Source of the DNA: Amoebidium appalachense
Taxonomy: Eukaryota > Protista > Ichthyosporea
Length of the DNA stretch: 64,000 nt
Direction of reading: 5' to 3'
NCBI GenBank assembly: GCA_963693365.1
Contig: CAVNZM010000001.1
Span: 21,398,125-21,462,124, forward strand
The notes beneath the pieces were generated by a model. It made no database searches, was not told the DNA's origin, and worked only from the letters and a program-made list of their open reading frames with translations. Shown here piece after piece: positions 1-12,432 of this stretch (position 1 is the first letter of the stretch; each line of letters starts with the position of its first letter). The translations under genes were made by a program, and so were the position numbers.

Positions 1-7
1 AACCTAC

Positions 8-129
8 CATCCAGCATATTCTCGTCCTTTCCGGCTCGTTTAATTGGGCTGTCGCCATATTTGTTCAGCCGACGAATTTCACCGCCTTTCTCGATTAGTT
101 TCTGTTGAATCCCAGAGGTTTGAGCTCCT

Positions 130-171
<42 letters not shown>

Positions 172-176
172 CCCCA

Positions 177-212
<36 letters not shown>

Positions 213-1853
213 CTTAATAAACAAACAAACAAACAAATAAATAAATAAACAAGTAAATAAGTAAGGGGAGGAAAGGAGAAAAGGGGCCTTTCTCTTGTTT
301 TTTTTAAAAAATGTTAAAAAAGAAACCCTAAAAAAGGATGGGAAAAAGACGAAGAAAAGGAAAAAAAAAACTCTAACCCCCCGAACACCCCGACCCCGCC
401 AGGAAAATAAGTCAATAACGACCCAGCACGAACACACACACACACACAGGCACGTGCACACACCTTTGCTATGTCCACGTGCCCCCACAGGATGGCGTAG
501 TGCAGGGGCGTGTTGCCGTGCTCGTTGGGGTCGTTGGGGTCCAGCCCTAGCTCCAGCAGCTGCGCCAAAGGTCAGTGCAGGCAGGGGCGTGTGCTTGGTG
601 GGAATCGAGAGGAGGTCTCTTAATCCAGGCGTGTTTGTGGACATGCGTGGGCCCGTACAAATGTGTTCGTGTGTGCGTTCCCTAAGATGGGCCCAATATG
701 CGTGCGCGTATTATTGCATGGGTGTCAGTTGGTCGAACCCCCTCGTGCCTGGTGCAGGTATTGTGCGGTACACGTGTAAGTAGCTAAACGTTGTGCCCTG
801 GGCATAGTGTGTACGCACTGTGTGTGTCAGGTGCACGAGCACACACACAATCAAGCAAGTGTTTGGCCCTGTCTGCTGCACCCTCTTGCCAGCGCAACCA
901 CACAGGGTGCGCTACCTTGACAGCGGCTGCCAGGTGGCCCTTTGAAGCGCTGATGTGAAGCGCTGTATCCCCCCCGTTGTTCTTTCGCTGCACAACCAAC
1001 AGTCAGCGGCAGCCCTACCCTCAGGACACACCATATGCCCTGCCCCCCTGCCTACCTTCATGTCGAACCTTTTTTCCTTCAAAAATTGCAGCAACTCGGT
1101 CTGGCCCTTCCATGCCGCCCAGTGTACCAGCGAGAACCCGTGCGCATCACTGTGAGGCCCGGTTAGTGTTGAGGTGGCCGGTTTCACTACAGGTAACTGG
1201 ACCATTGTGAGAGACAGTGACAAGACATACACAATCGCACCAACATGTGCACAAAAACACACACAAGCATATCACATATATGCACGTGCACATGTGAATA
1301 CACCTACCCCCACGCACACAGACCGAAGTTAACCTGCTCAACCATGCCAGATAAGCACTGAACGCACGAACCCCAACTTTGCTGCAATTTCATGTCGTTG
1401 AACTACGTGTCACTTTTTGGTTTGTAGGTCACACTTAATACAGATGCCCACGAAACAAACACAGCACCTATACACACGCACATACAAAGCGTGCACGCAC
1501 ACGGATGAATAAGTACCATGTCACCCAAGCAAGTACAAAAGAATATGCGCCTGCACTAACAAGCGACAACATGCACAGAAAATGAACGCACACACGGACA
1601 AACGAACAAACACACACACGAACGCAAAGTATTGGCTCACGAACGTCTGTGCACGCACGAAAGACGAGAACTTATGCGGACGCACGCACAAGCGTACACG
1701 CTGCAAGAGCAAGCTCACACAACAGTGTGCAAGCACACGACACCCACAGCCGCAACGTACAGGCACGTACCATATGTCTGGCTCGACGGCCTTGTCAATG
1801 TGGCGCTGCACCATCACCTTGTCCCCTAGTTGGGCCGCCGTGAACGCGTCCAT
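8..1853 (-). CDS. ILK: Integrin-linked kinase-like protein, N-terminal ankyrin-repeat exons 1-5 (gene continues beyond the window start)
   Basis: Five phase-consistent GT-AG exons: 1853-1771, 1149-1056, 987-916, 559-464, 101-8. Spliced product: MDAFTAAQLGDKVMVQRHIDKAVEPDICDAHGFSLVHWAAWKGQ...NNGGDTALHISASKGH...NEHGNTPLHYAILWGHVDIAKKLIEKGGEIRRLNKYGDSP. This matches recalled ILK ankyrin motifs (DDHGFSPLHWAC, NEHGNVPLHYACFWG, NKYGEMP) in order and spacing. The kinase domain is not in the window. Confidence 0.8.
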
Positions 1854-2318
1854 GTTGCCTCTCGGGCGCCCACAGGCCCTGCACTTACTAAAGCCTTCCT
1901 GGGGTGAGTGTCTCGGACCTTGCCGTGCGTTTGATAGATCTAAAGAAAGGGATCAACTTGACTGACGGCTAGTGAAAGCGCCGCACACCGTGTGATGGTA
2001 ATGTGCCAAGGTCACAGTGGTTCGCATGCTACTGAATGCTCCTCCTTGCCCTTGGCTACTTGACCAGCTGCTAACATCAATATTAATAATAATACTGTTG
2101 ACTGTTGTGTTTCCTGCACCGTAAGTGAGCAGCTACATAGTATTAGAGTGGACACGGGAAGTGGGCCAGTGTAAAGTAAACTCTGGGTGTCTGAACGGTC
2201 TGAGGCGTCACAGTGATGTCACACTGGGAGCGGCAATCATTGGCTCGCCACGCACCCATTTTGCCTGCCATATATGGCAGGTAGTGGCTGATGACGAGAT
2301 ATACATGAACGAGATACA

Positions 2319-2515
2319 TTAGGGGTTTACGCTGTTTACTCGAGGCAAAGAGAACCAGTCTCAGGTATGGGGGGGGTTTTGCTCGGAATATCCCCTCAGC
2401 GGTATATCATGATCACGTACATAGATGTCGGGTGGTGACTATATATCAGGGTTTACTGTCTCTACGAGACACCATAAAGACTACAAGGAGAAATCAATTA
2501 GTTGGGGTTCCCCGT

Positions 2516-2516
<1 letters not shown>
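2319..2516 (-). repeat. 198-bp LINE-associated terminal module, copy X1
   Basis: Reverse complement of 10675-10872 and 12235-12432; directly abuts the poly(A). Confidence 0.95.
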
Positions 2517-2581
<65 letters not shown>

Positions 2582-2613
2582 GGGCTTCCCTCGGGACACT
2601 CGGTATCAGCTGG

Positions 2614-2690
<77 letters not shown>

Positions 2691-2691
<1 letters not shown>

Positions 2692-4781
2692 TATAATTTT
2701 GTAGTGATGTGTTTCTCAAGCCAATCAATACATCTAATAAACAGGTCGTAGTTACGTGTGTTTAGTATAAAATCAAGGATGTTGTAATTTACAGGTAGGC
2801 TATCTTTCTGGGTGTCTGTTGTGAATGTGACGTGTGTGTGTTGCGGTATTATGTGGTCTATCAAACTACATTTGGCGATACATGACCGGTTAAACTGGTG
2901 TGTGTGTGTGTTGTTTGGGCATGCAAATGATGCCACCTTATACTTATTAGATCTCCACTGTATAGCACGTGTACAGTAAAAGCGTGGTAATTGATCAATA
3001 ATACCATCAGCTAGAGAAAGACCAGTTCTACAGGAAGGTAATATGTATTTAGGTGTTATACACTTGCGAGTGCCATATTTGGCAATATGGTTGAGGCGGT
3101 CAGTATATATAAAACGAGACATAAGGCTTAGTTTTTCAAGGTGTATGCTTTCATCGGGTCTAGTGTCGTGTGGTATCTTTTTCCATTTGTTGTATTGCGT
3201 GATTATCTTATGATTGTGTACATGTTTAATAAGTAAGTGGCAGTCCAAAGTCACACACACACTATTGCGGGGTTTATTTGTATTTGTGCCCAGGGGAGAA
3301 GGGGAGAGAGAGGGGAGGAAAGAGGGGGGAGGTGAGGAGGGGACAGGTCGGATAGAGAAGAGAGGGTGGGAGGGCAAATACTTCTTTAAGCGGCTTATGT
3401 GCTTATTGAATTTCAGCGCGAGATAGGATACTCTAGCAGCTATTGGGACCAGACCATATATCGAGAGCGTTACAGGCCCAGGTTTACAACAGTTGTTAGA
3501 TAGAAAGGAGGCAACTTCTGCTTCAAGGAAATTTGCCAAGGGTTTAAGCGCTCTAGTTCTCTCTTTCTTGATCCAAGCGGCGAGAAGGGGTAAACCATAT
3601 TCACATGCCGGGAAGACAAAAGTGCGAATAAATGTAAGTCTAATAGAAGGATGGAGGGGTGTGTCTTTAAAAATATTAGCCGAGAAGAAAGCTAACCGCT
3701 TACGAGCCAACTCTACCCTCTTTTCGACCATATGGGGAAACATAACACCAACAGAATCAACCGGAACACCAAGATATTTGTATTCTGGAACTATAGGTAC
3801 AGGTTTAGATGATAATGTAAATGTGTGTAAATTGTTAGCTATATCAGGTACAAGAACACCACATTTGTCTATGTTAAGGATCATAAGGTTTGCCTTGCAC
3901 CACTCTGACACTACATCGAACAATCTTTGCAGGCGTCTAGGGGTACGGGCAAGGAGGGACAGATCATCAGCATAGAGAAGTGCAGGCGGAAAGTTATTAA
4001 TAGGGTCATCGTTTTCGGCGTAAATTTTGACAGCCAAATCATCTATAAATAGGTTAAACAAAAAGGGGCTAAGCAATGAGCCCTGCAAGAGACCTCTAGT
4101 ACGAGCAAAACCATATGAAAGATGCCCATTAACCACAGCTCTACCATAGGTTTGAGACAAGAGTGCTTCTAACAGAACACCAATGCAGTGTGGTACACCC
4201 CGTGCAGCAAGCTTTTCCCATAGGAGACCAGGGGAGACAGAATCGTAAGCAGTTTTCAAATCAATAAAGCCAACATATTGTGCACCAACTTGCATAGAAT
4301 CGTGCAGTGCCATTATTTGAACATAACATGAATTGTTTTTACGAAAAGCGGATTGGCATGGGTGTATGTGAAGAATAGATTGAAACCTAGGGTCGTGTGC
4401 AAATAACCTAAGTAAGCAAGCTTCAAAGAATCTACGAACAACCTGGGTTAGTGTAATGGGGCGAAAGGATGATATGGGGCCCTCAGAGTCCTTCTTAACT
4501 ATGGGGATCACTAAGGTATCTAACCAAGATGACGGGACATGTCCACATTTAACACACCAAGAAAAGAGAGAGCTTAACATGATAGTAAGATCAGGTTTAA
4601 TAGCACGATCACTTTCCTTTTGTGGGTAGGAGGGAACAAGGATTTTAAGAAACCCAGCAGGGAGTCCATCAGGTCCACAAGACTTACTAGAGCTATAACT
4701 AGATATCACAGACCATATGGCATCGGGGCTGAAAAAGGGGAGGATCGATTCTATGGGGATAGATGGGTCTACAGGCCACAC
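2691..4781 (-). CDS. LINE-type reverse transcriptase (5'-truncated ORF, 696 aa) with C-terminal Cys/His motif
   Basis: Non-LTR RT motifs KSCGPDGL, IPIVKK, FRPITL, QSAFRK, FIDLKTAYDSV, GLLQGSLLSPFLFNLFIDDL, LLYADD, YKYLGV. C-terminus QWRSNK..ACPN..HQFNRSC. Starts at a GTG next to the truncation point; no endonuclease domain visible. Confidence 0.93.
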
Positions 4782-5318
4782 AATAGATACATTAACTATC
4801 TCGACTTACATGTATCTCTTCTTGCTGTTTTTCAATTCGAAATCTTTTCAGTTGCATAATACCTGACTACAAAACACTCTGTCGGACTATCAACTTGTAT
4901 TATAGTCCTCAGCCACTGTCGTCATGGGGTCGTTTACAGGGATGCATAAAGTCCTTGTGATATGTACATATACATATTTATAACTTGTGCTATAAGTGCG
5001 TACGTACGCGCATAATCGGACTCCGGATCCCCATTTGAGATGTACACACCCTCTTCTCCCACTCATATAAACATATTATAAGTTTTTGATATCTCATTAC
5101 TGTCATTAGGACTCCATCTTCAAATGGCTGGGATTCATTGCTTTGGTGCTGCGCATGCGCATGCACGATGATCTTTGTTTCCAATTTGTTGAACTAAAAT
5201 TCACATTCTCCCTTGCAACCTAATTTGCAACTTCATGATCACGGGGTGCAGGGGTCTAACATGTAATCAGGGGTAAGGTATTTTGAGTAAGGTTCTTCGG
5301 CTCCTAGGGTATGCAATA

Positions 5319-5380
<62 letters not shown>

Positions 5381-5469
5381 TCCGGACCTTGCCTCTCAGA
5401 CCTCAGAGCCATATGGGGCCCACTGTCCCAGGCTGGGAATTTCAACGCTTTTTAGGGTGGGCAGGTTAT

Positions 5470-5505
<36 letters not shown>

Positions 5506-5515
5506 TTTTTTTTTT

Positions 5516-5546
<31 letters not shown>

Positions 5547-6398
5547 GGATTAGGGGGAGGAGGGGAGACGAGAGGGATCGGCCGGCGGCTGCGGAGGTGG
5601 CACTGCACAGCTTCATGATATGATCATGACACGGTGTCAGTGTCGTACTTTATTTTTTAATCATTCCTATATTCACTGGCCAGAGCATGGGCAGGTCTGG
5701 GATGGAAAGCACCATGCGCATGCATGATGAATTCTGAATGATTTTGGAAATCGCATGACTTTCTGGTGAGAGTGCGCCTGATTATTATTTTTTTTCTTTT
5801 CTTTTCTTCTTTTTTTCTCTTTTTTTACTTCCGCGGTTCTTTTTGTTCATTCAAAGTAGTTGTGCCGTTCTTTTTCGATTTGAATAATAATTGCCATTAG
5901 GCCCGGCTTGGGTTGGGTTTTGGTTTCGTAGCACTTAGTCTATACAGTGCACGTGCCACACACGCACGCACACAGTGTCACGAGCGTGCACACACACACA
6001 GCCACACACACGCACACAGAAACACAAACACATGCACACACGCGCGTCACACGCACATGCACGTGCACGCACGCACACACACACATACACACACACACAA
6101 GTTAGCACGCCAGTCCGTGCACATGCACAACGCGCACACGTTCACACTGGTACGCACACACGCATGCACATACACACACACGCACACGCTTGTGTCACAA
6201 CACACACATATACACAGTGACACACACACACAGTGACACGCACACACAGTGACACACACACACAGTGACACGCACACACACACACACACACACACACCGT
6301 GCCACCACACGTATGCAAAATCCATTGGCACACGCGTACATACACAAGGATATGCACACCCACAATCAGGTACAAACGGTCCTTATGTGCACAAAAAA

Positions 6399-6435
<37 letters not shown>

Positions 6436-6947
6436 TTATTAAAGCCAGAATAACGTCACATGCACAGTATGAAGCAGTAGTTGTGGGATGCAAAGTACAC
6501 GTGGTTTGGCTTTACTCATTCGAGTCAAAGACACTCTTTGGTCTCGTCTAAAAACCATACATCACTGTGCTTTCTACCACGTTCAGTGCATACAGGTGCC
6601 TTGCCAACCGGTTTGAACGGTCTGCTACAGTATCAGGCCACGACCAAACTATTATCAACATGAAATATCTCATCATTCATCAGGTCTTTTCCTTTTGAAT
6701 AGGTAGATTCAAATCTTCGTTTTCATACCAGCTATCATTCGATACCACAGACATTGGTTGCGTTGTCATTGTTTCATGATTGGATGTATGGGAACCATGG
6801 GCTGCATGCCACATTCGCACACACTGACACAAATTTGCACAAACACGCAAGCAACAGAAGTATACATGCCCGGCACACATACAAATTACGTGCCTGCACA
6901 TGGAGCCCTGCATAGACCTGATGCAGCTACCGGCCATCTGCAGCAAG

Positions 6948-8387
6948 TCACGGCTCTGTGCCGTGCACGGTGCGGCGGTGCAGGTCCAGGTTGCTGCGGA
7001 AGTTGAACACGGCCACGCAGCCAGCCTGGTCGCAGCGAAACGGGGCCTGCTCCACGTGGCTGGTCCTGTGTGCGTACATGGCTCTGCGCGACGGGAAGGG
7101 GGCGTTGCAGAAGGTGCAGAGGTGCTGCTGCGCCTGCTGCTGCATAGCCCGCAGGTGGCTGTCCATGTGCCGGTCCAGCCGTGACCGGTAGGGCAGCACC
7201 TTGCCGCAGCCCTCCCACGGGCACACGTGGTGGCCCCTTGTGCTCTCGCTCTCCTTTGCCCGCTTGCGTGGGGGCCCGTCCTCCTCGTCCGCATGGCCAT
7301 CCAGGGGGGGCAGGGTGTCGGCTGCCAGCGGGCCATCTGCCGGGCTCGGCCGGGGCTCGATATGGCTGAGGCGATGGGCCTTGAGGCGGGCCTCGCTGGG
7401 GAAGCCCTCTCCACAGGTGCTGCAGGGCCAGCCATGGCTGCTGGCGTGCATGCGCATGTGGGCCCGCAGCTCCTTGACGCCGTCCAGCAGCAGCCCGCAG
7501 CCCCCGTAGCAGCAGCGGTGCCACTCCAGGCGGGTCTCGTCGGCCATGGGCTGGCCGTGGTCGTTGCGCATGTGCCGCACAAACTGGCTGCACACGGCAA
7601 ACGCCTGCCCGCAGCCGGCCGTGGTGCATGCATAGGGGGCGCGAATGTGGCTGGCACAGTGCTGGTCCAGCTGGTCCTCGCTAGGCCACGTGGTGCCGCA
7701 GCCAAAGAACGAGCAGCCCCAGGCCCCGCCCACGGCCGCTGCCTGGTCGGCCGTGCTGCACTGCCAGTCCCGGGGCTCGCCTGCGCCCACATGCCGAGCC
7801 ACCATGTGCTGCTGCAGGGCACGGCCACTGGCGTAGGGCCGGCCGCAGCCCCACGGGCACACGGGCACGGGGGTTTGGTGGCTGGCGGTCTCATGGGCCT
7901 GGGCCTCGGCGGCACTGTGGAAGGCGGCCGGACAGGCGTGGTGGCTGCAGCGCACCAGCTGGGGGTCGCCGGGCCGGTGCTGGGCCACCCGGTGGGCCGA
8001 CAGGGCAGCGGGGTGGTCGAAGACCGCGGCACAGCCCTGGTACGTGCAGGCCAGGTGCGGCCGCAGCACGTGGCGCCCATAGTGCTCGGCCACAACGGCC
8101 CGGTCGGCAGCCCCGTACAGGCAGCCCGGCCAGCGGCACATGAAGTAGCACGCAACGGGCCCCTCCTGCCCGGCAGGCCGCTTGCGCCCGGCGGGCGCCT
8201 TCGGCCTCCCTAGGCCCGGCACAGCACCTGCTACATCCCCAGCCCCCTGCGTGCCTCCATCAAACCTGTCACCCTCGGGCGGTTCATCCTCGTTTCCTTC
8301 GTCCTCGTAAGCCTCATCCTCATTCACATCATCGTGCGCTCCTTCGCCCTCCCCCACATGGTCCCCACTCTCACCAGCCTCCAACAT
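6948..8387 (-). CDS. Multi-C2H2 zinc-finger protein (paralog ZF1), 479 aa
   Basis: Single ATG-initiated GC-rich ORF with repeated C-x2/4-C-x12-H-x3/4-H motifs (e.g. CPWEGCGKVLPYRSRLDRHMDSH, CDQAGCVAVFNFRSNLDLHRRTVH) and an acidic N-terminus. Confidence 0.9.
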   Translation of the reverse strand: MLEAGESGDHVGEGEGAHDDVNEDEAYEDEGNEDEPPEGDRFDGGTQGAGDVAGAVPGLGRPKAPAGRKRPAGQEGPVACYFMCRWPGCLYGAADRAVVAEHYGRHVLRPHLACTYQGCAAVFDHPAALSAHRVAQHRPGDPQLVRCSHHACPAAFHSAAEAQAHETASHQTPVPVCPWGCGRPYASGRALQQHMVARHVGAGEPRDWQCSTADQAAAVGGAWGCSFFGCGTTWPSEDQLDQHCASHIRAPYACTTAGCGQAFAVCSQFVRHMRNDHGQPMADETRLEWHRCCYGGCGLLLDGVKELRAHMRMHASSHGWPCSTCGEGFPSEARLKAHRLSHIEPRPSPADGPLAADTLPPLDGHADEEDGPPRKRAKESESTRGHHVCPWEGCGKVLPYRSRLDRHMDSHLRAMQQQAQQHLCTFCNAPFPSRRAMYAHRTSHVEQAPFRCDQAGCVAVFNFRSNLDLHRRTVHGTEP

Positions 8388-9109
8388 TCCTGCCCCACAC
8401 CATCAGAACACGCCCCTGTTGCACACCCAGGCCCACACACACACCACCCCCACAGCACCCCCTTCATCCCCATAACACCTCTCAACACGAGCCACGCCGA
8501 CCCATCCCCCCATAGAACCACCTACGGCCAACAAGCACACAGGCCCATATCTCCATAAGAATGCGAGAGATGTGTGCTACATATCAGTGTGGCAGAGGGG
8601 CAGAGGCATAGGGTGCCGACACAGCAAGAGGAAGAGTGGCTGTGCAGGAGGAAGGGATGCCGACATAGGAAGAGGGGAGTGGCTGGCACCAGCGTTACGG
8701 CCAACAGCCACAGTAAGCACGAGTGAGCACCCAAGGGAAAGGCGTGTGTTGTGTGTGTGTGTGTGTGTGCGTATGAGTTTCCATGTTTGCAGTTATTTGT
8801 TTGAGGGAGAGGGGGGGGGGGGGGGGGGAGGGGGAGAGGGATTGGGGGGGAGGGGGAGGGAGGGAGGGGGAGGGGGAGGAGGCAGGAGACGGTGGTGGTG
8901 GTGGTATGTGGGTGAGAGGGTGGAGGGGGAGGATAGGGGGAGGGAGGGGAGAGAGAGCGTAAGGAACGAAGGGAGGGAGGGAGGGAAGGAAGAATGGCAC
9001 ACACACACACAGAGAGAGAGCGAGAGAGAGGGAGAGAGAGGGAGAGAGAGAGAGAGAGAGAAGAAGGGAGGAAGGGAGAGTGGATGGAGGGAAAGGAGAG
9101 TGGCAGAGA

Positions 9110-9214
<105 letters not shown>

Positions 9215-9516
9215 CAGGGGGAGGGGTTGAAGGGAACAAGGGAGAGAAAGGTCCAGAGAGAGCGAGTAAAGAGAAAGAGAGGGAGAGCGACAAGGGGGGC
9301 GAGGGGGGGGGGGGAGCGAGAGAGCGAGAGAAAGAGAGAGAGTCCTGTGTATGTATATGGAATGAGCCAGGGGAGACGGGAGGAGGCGAGGGGAGAAGAG
9401 GCAGGAATCACCTAGGAATATTGCTATGAGAGAAAAGAAACGACACGAAGGAAAAAACTGTAGGTCGAAGGAAAGCAGCACCCACAGCGACAGGAATGCC
9501 AGAAAGGCCTCGTGTG

Positions 9517-9557
<41 letters not shown>

Positions 9558-9780
9558 CAAGTACAGGGCAAGCGTAGTACTAAGGACCGTTGGCACATAG
9601 CTGGCTGGAGGTTTTGGTGCCCAAGGGACTGTCGCAAAGTGAACGGCAGAGGGAGAGAGGACGGGAGACAAAAGAAAAAGAGAGAAAGCTGAAGGAGGCA
9701 AAGAGTGGGGGGAAGGGGGAGTGTCTGAGCGCATCTGTTGACCGTCTGTGTGCTAAAGGACACGTGGACAAGGAAGGAAC

Positions 9781-9811
<31 letters not shown>

Positions 9812-10674
9812 AGGGGGGGGGAGGCAGTACGTGCTTGGGAACTTTATGACGTTGGATCACAAACGAAAGTAGGAGAGGGTGAGGGTGGGTATAAGCCAAT
9901 TGCATCGGTGGCGGAGAGGATGTGGCGAAAAGTGGGAAGGAAACGAAGGGGAGGGGCGGGGAGGGGGGAGTTGCATATAAGGTATTGGTGGTCAATTGTG
10001 CAAGTTATTTGGGATGGCAGAAGTAACGTGGAAAGGCTGACGAAAGAAAGGTGGAGTCGTGCGTGAGATGATTCCCCAGAAAGGGGAGGGGGGGGGGGGG
10101 GGGGGGGGACTCCGTGGGATGGCTTGTACAGGAACCAATGCGTTCCCGACACGTGTGCCAGCGTAATTTGCACCTAATTTTGAGTGCATACGTGTTTACC
10201 GGTGTATGTGTGTGCAACATGCAAGGAAATTCATGTTCTCAGAAGCTTCTAAACGTACAGGCGCCCGTGTACGTGATCCCTTATGACCCTCCAAACCAAA
10301 GTTTAAACTGACCTCTGCTGTTGAGGCGTGGTGCAACACTCCACCTACAGTCCTGGCTGCACCTGTGTACAGGCTGTGTTTCACTGCATTCACCTGTGCG
10401 TGCAGGCTGGCGCGTATTGGAGAGGTGCAAGTGTGCACCTGGACGTATGTGCTGTCTTGAACGTGTGTGTAAGCGGTACGAAGCAACAGGGGTATGCTTT
10501 GCGCCCAGTCATAACAATGAGAGTTCCGTAGGCAAGGGCAGCCATGACATAAGCTGGTCAGGCCTGGGCAACATCTGTTCGCCCGCGTACTTTGTGATAT
10601 AACTGGGTTGAATATGTGTCCACCGTAACGTCTGACTGAGTAACCAAGGCCTCCTACTCTGATGAGAAAAAAAA

Positions 10675-10872
10675 CACGGGGAACCCCAACTAATTGATTT
10701 CTCCTTGTAGTCTTTATGGTGTCTCGTAGAGACAGTAAACCCTGATATATAGTCACCACCCGACATCTATGTACGTGATCATGATATACCGCTGAGGGGA
10801 TATTCCGAGCAAAACCCCCCCCATACCTGAGACTGGTTCTCTTTGCCTCGAGTAAACAGCGTAAACCCCTAA
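10675..10872 (+). repeat. 198-bp LINE-associated terminal module, copy X2
   Basis: CACGGGGAACCCCAACTAATTG...GTAAACAGCGTAAACCCCTAA, preceded by A8 (10667-10674). Confidence 0.95.
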
Positions 10873-12084
10873 CTGTGCAAGGCAAACCTTATGATCCTTA
10901 ACATAGACAAATGTGGTGTTCTTGTACCTGATATAGCTAACAATTTACACACATTTACATTATCATCTAAACCTGTACCTATAGTTCCAGAATACAAATA
11001 TCTTGGTGTTCCGGTTGATTCTGTTGGTGTTATGTTTCCCCATATGGTCGAAAAGAGGGTAGAGTTGGCTCGTAAGCGGTTAGCTTTCTTCTCGGCTAAT
11101 ATTTTTAAAGACACACCCCTCCATCCTTCTATTAGACTTACATTTATTCGCACTTTTGTCTTCCCGGCATGTGAATATGGTTTACCCCTTCTCGCCGCTT
11201 GGATCAAGAAAGAGAGAACTAGAGCGCTTAAACCCTTGGCAAATTTCCTTGAAGCAGAAGTTGCCTCCTTTCTATCTAACAACTGTTGTAAACCTGGGCC
11301 TGTAACGCTCTCGATATATGGTCTGGTCCCAATAGCTGCTAGAGTATCCTATCTCGCGCTGAAATTCAATAAGCACATAAGCCGCTTAAAGAAGTATTTG
11401 CCCTCCCACCCTCTCTTCTCTATCCGACCTGTCCCCTCCTCACCTCCCCCCTCTTTCCTCCCCCTCTCTCTCCCCTTCTCCCCTGGGCACAAATACAAAT
11501 AAACCCCGCAATAGTGTGTGTGTGACTTTGGACTGCCACTTACTTATTAAACATGTACACAATCATAAGATAATCACGCAATACAACAAATGGAAAAAGA
11601 TACCACACGACACTAGACCCGATGAAAGCATACACCTTGAAAAACTAAGCCTTATGTCTCGTTTTATATATACTGACCGCCTCAACCATATTGCCAAATA
11701 TGGCACTCGCAAGTGTATAACACCTAAATACATATTACCTTCCTGTAGAACTGGTCTTTCTCTAGCTGATGGTATTATTGATCAATTACCACGCTTTTAC
11801 TGTACACGTGCTATACAGTGGAGATCTAATAAGTATAAGGTGGCATCATTTGCATGCCCAAACAACACACACACACACCAGTTTAACCGGTCATGTATCG
11901 CCAAATGTAGTTTGATAGACCACATAATACCGCAACACACACACGTCACATTCACAACAGACACCCAGAAAGATAGCCTACCTGTAAATTACAACATCCT
12001 TGATTTTATACTAAACACACGTAACTACGACCTGTTTATTAGATGTATTGATTGGCTTGAGAAACACATCACTACAAAATTATA

Positions 12085-12156
<72 letters not shown>

Positions 12157-12188
12157 CCAGCTGATACCGAGTGTCCCGAGGGAAGCCC

Positions 12189-12234
<46 letters not shown>

Positions 12235-12235
<1 letters not shown>

Positions 12236-12432
12236 ACGGGGAACCCCAACTAATTGATTTCTCCTTGTAGTCTTTATGGTGTCTCGTAGAGACAGTAAAC
12301 CCTGATATATAGTCACCACCCGACATCTATGTACGTGATCATGATATACCGCTGAGGGGATATTCCGAGCAAAACCCCCCCCATACCTGAGACTGGTTCT
12401 CTTTGCCTGGAGTAAACAGCGTAAACCCCTAA
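12235..12432 (+). repeat. 198-bp LINE-associated terminal module, copy X3
   Basis: Same as X2 except one C>G at 12409; follows the poly(A). Confidence 0.95.

Larger units (their letters stand above)
2319..4784 (-). mobile_element. 5'-truncated non-LTR retrotransposon (LINE) copy 1: RT ORF, (CA)n 3'UTR, poly(A)61, then a 198-bp terminal module
   Basis: RT ORF at 4781-2691, poly(T) on + at 2517-2577, terminal module at 2319-2516. A 10-bp direct repeat AGATACATTA at 2312-2321 and 4785-4794 flanks the whole unit (TSD). Confidence 0.9.
10667..12432 (+). mobile_element. LINE copy 2: A8 + 198-bp module, 5'-truncated LINE body, poly(A)42, 198-bp module
   Basis: Body 10875-12192 is near-identical to the reverse complement of ~2578-3900. 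Poly(A) at 12193-12234; modules at 10675-10872 and 12235-12432. One extra C near 11460 splits the ORF (10891-11502 / 11516-12085). Confidence 0.92.

Noticed and set aside
2319-2577. Module as an ordinary L1-style 3' transduction
   Set aside because: No second poly(A) follows the module in any of the three copies, and all three share the same core endpoint.
2425-2751. Small ORF MSGGDYISGFTVSTRHHKDYKEKSISWGSPC..., recurring three times
   Set aside because: It is just the antisense translation of the 198-bp module running into poly(T); it has different C-termini in each copy and there is no evidence of coding.
5231-5619. 9-bp direct repeat CTTCATGAT (5231-5239, 5611-5619) as the TSD of a Mutator-like insertion
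   Set aside because: No convincing TIRs between the repeats; it could be chance.
10659-10680. CTGATGAG...AAA as a hammerhead ribozyme core
   Set aside because: The motif is in unique flank, absent from the other copies, and lacks the required stems.
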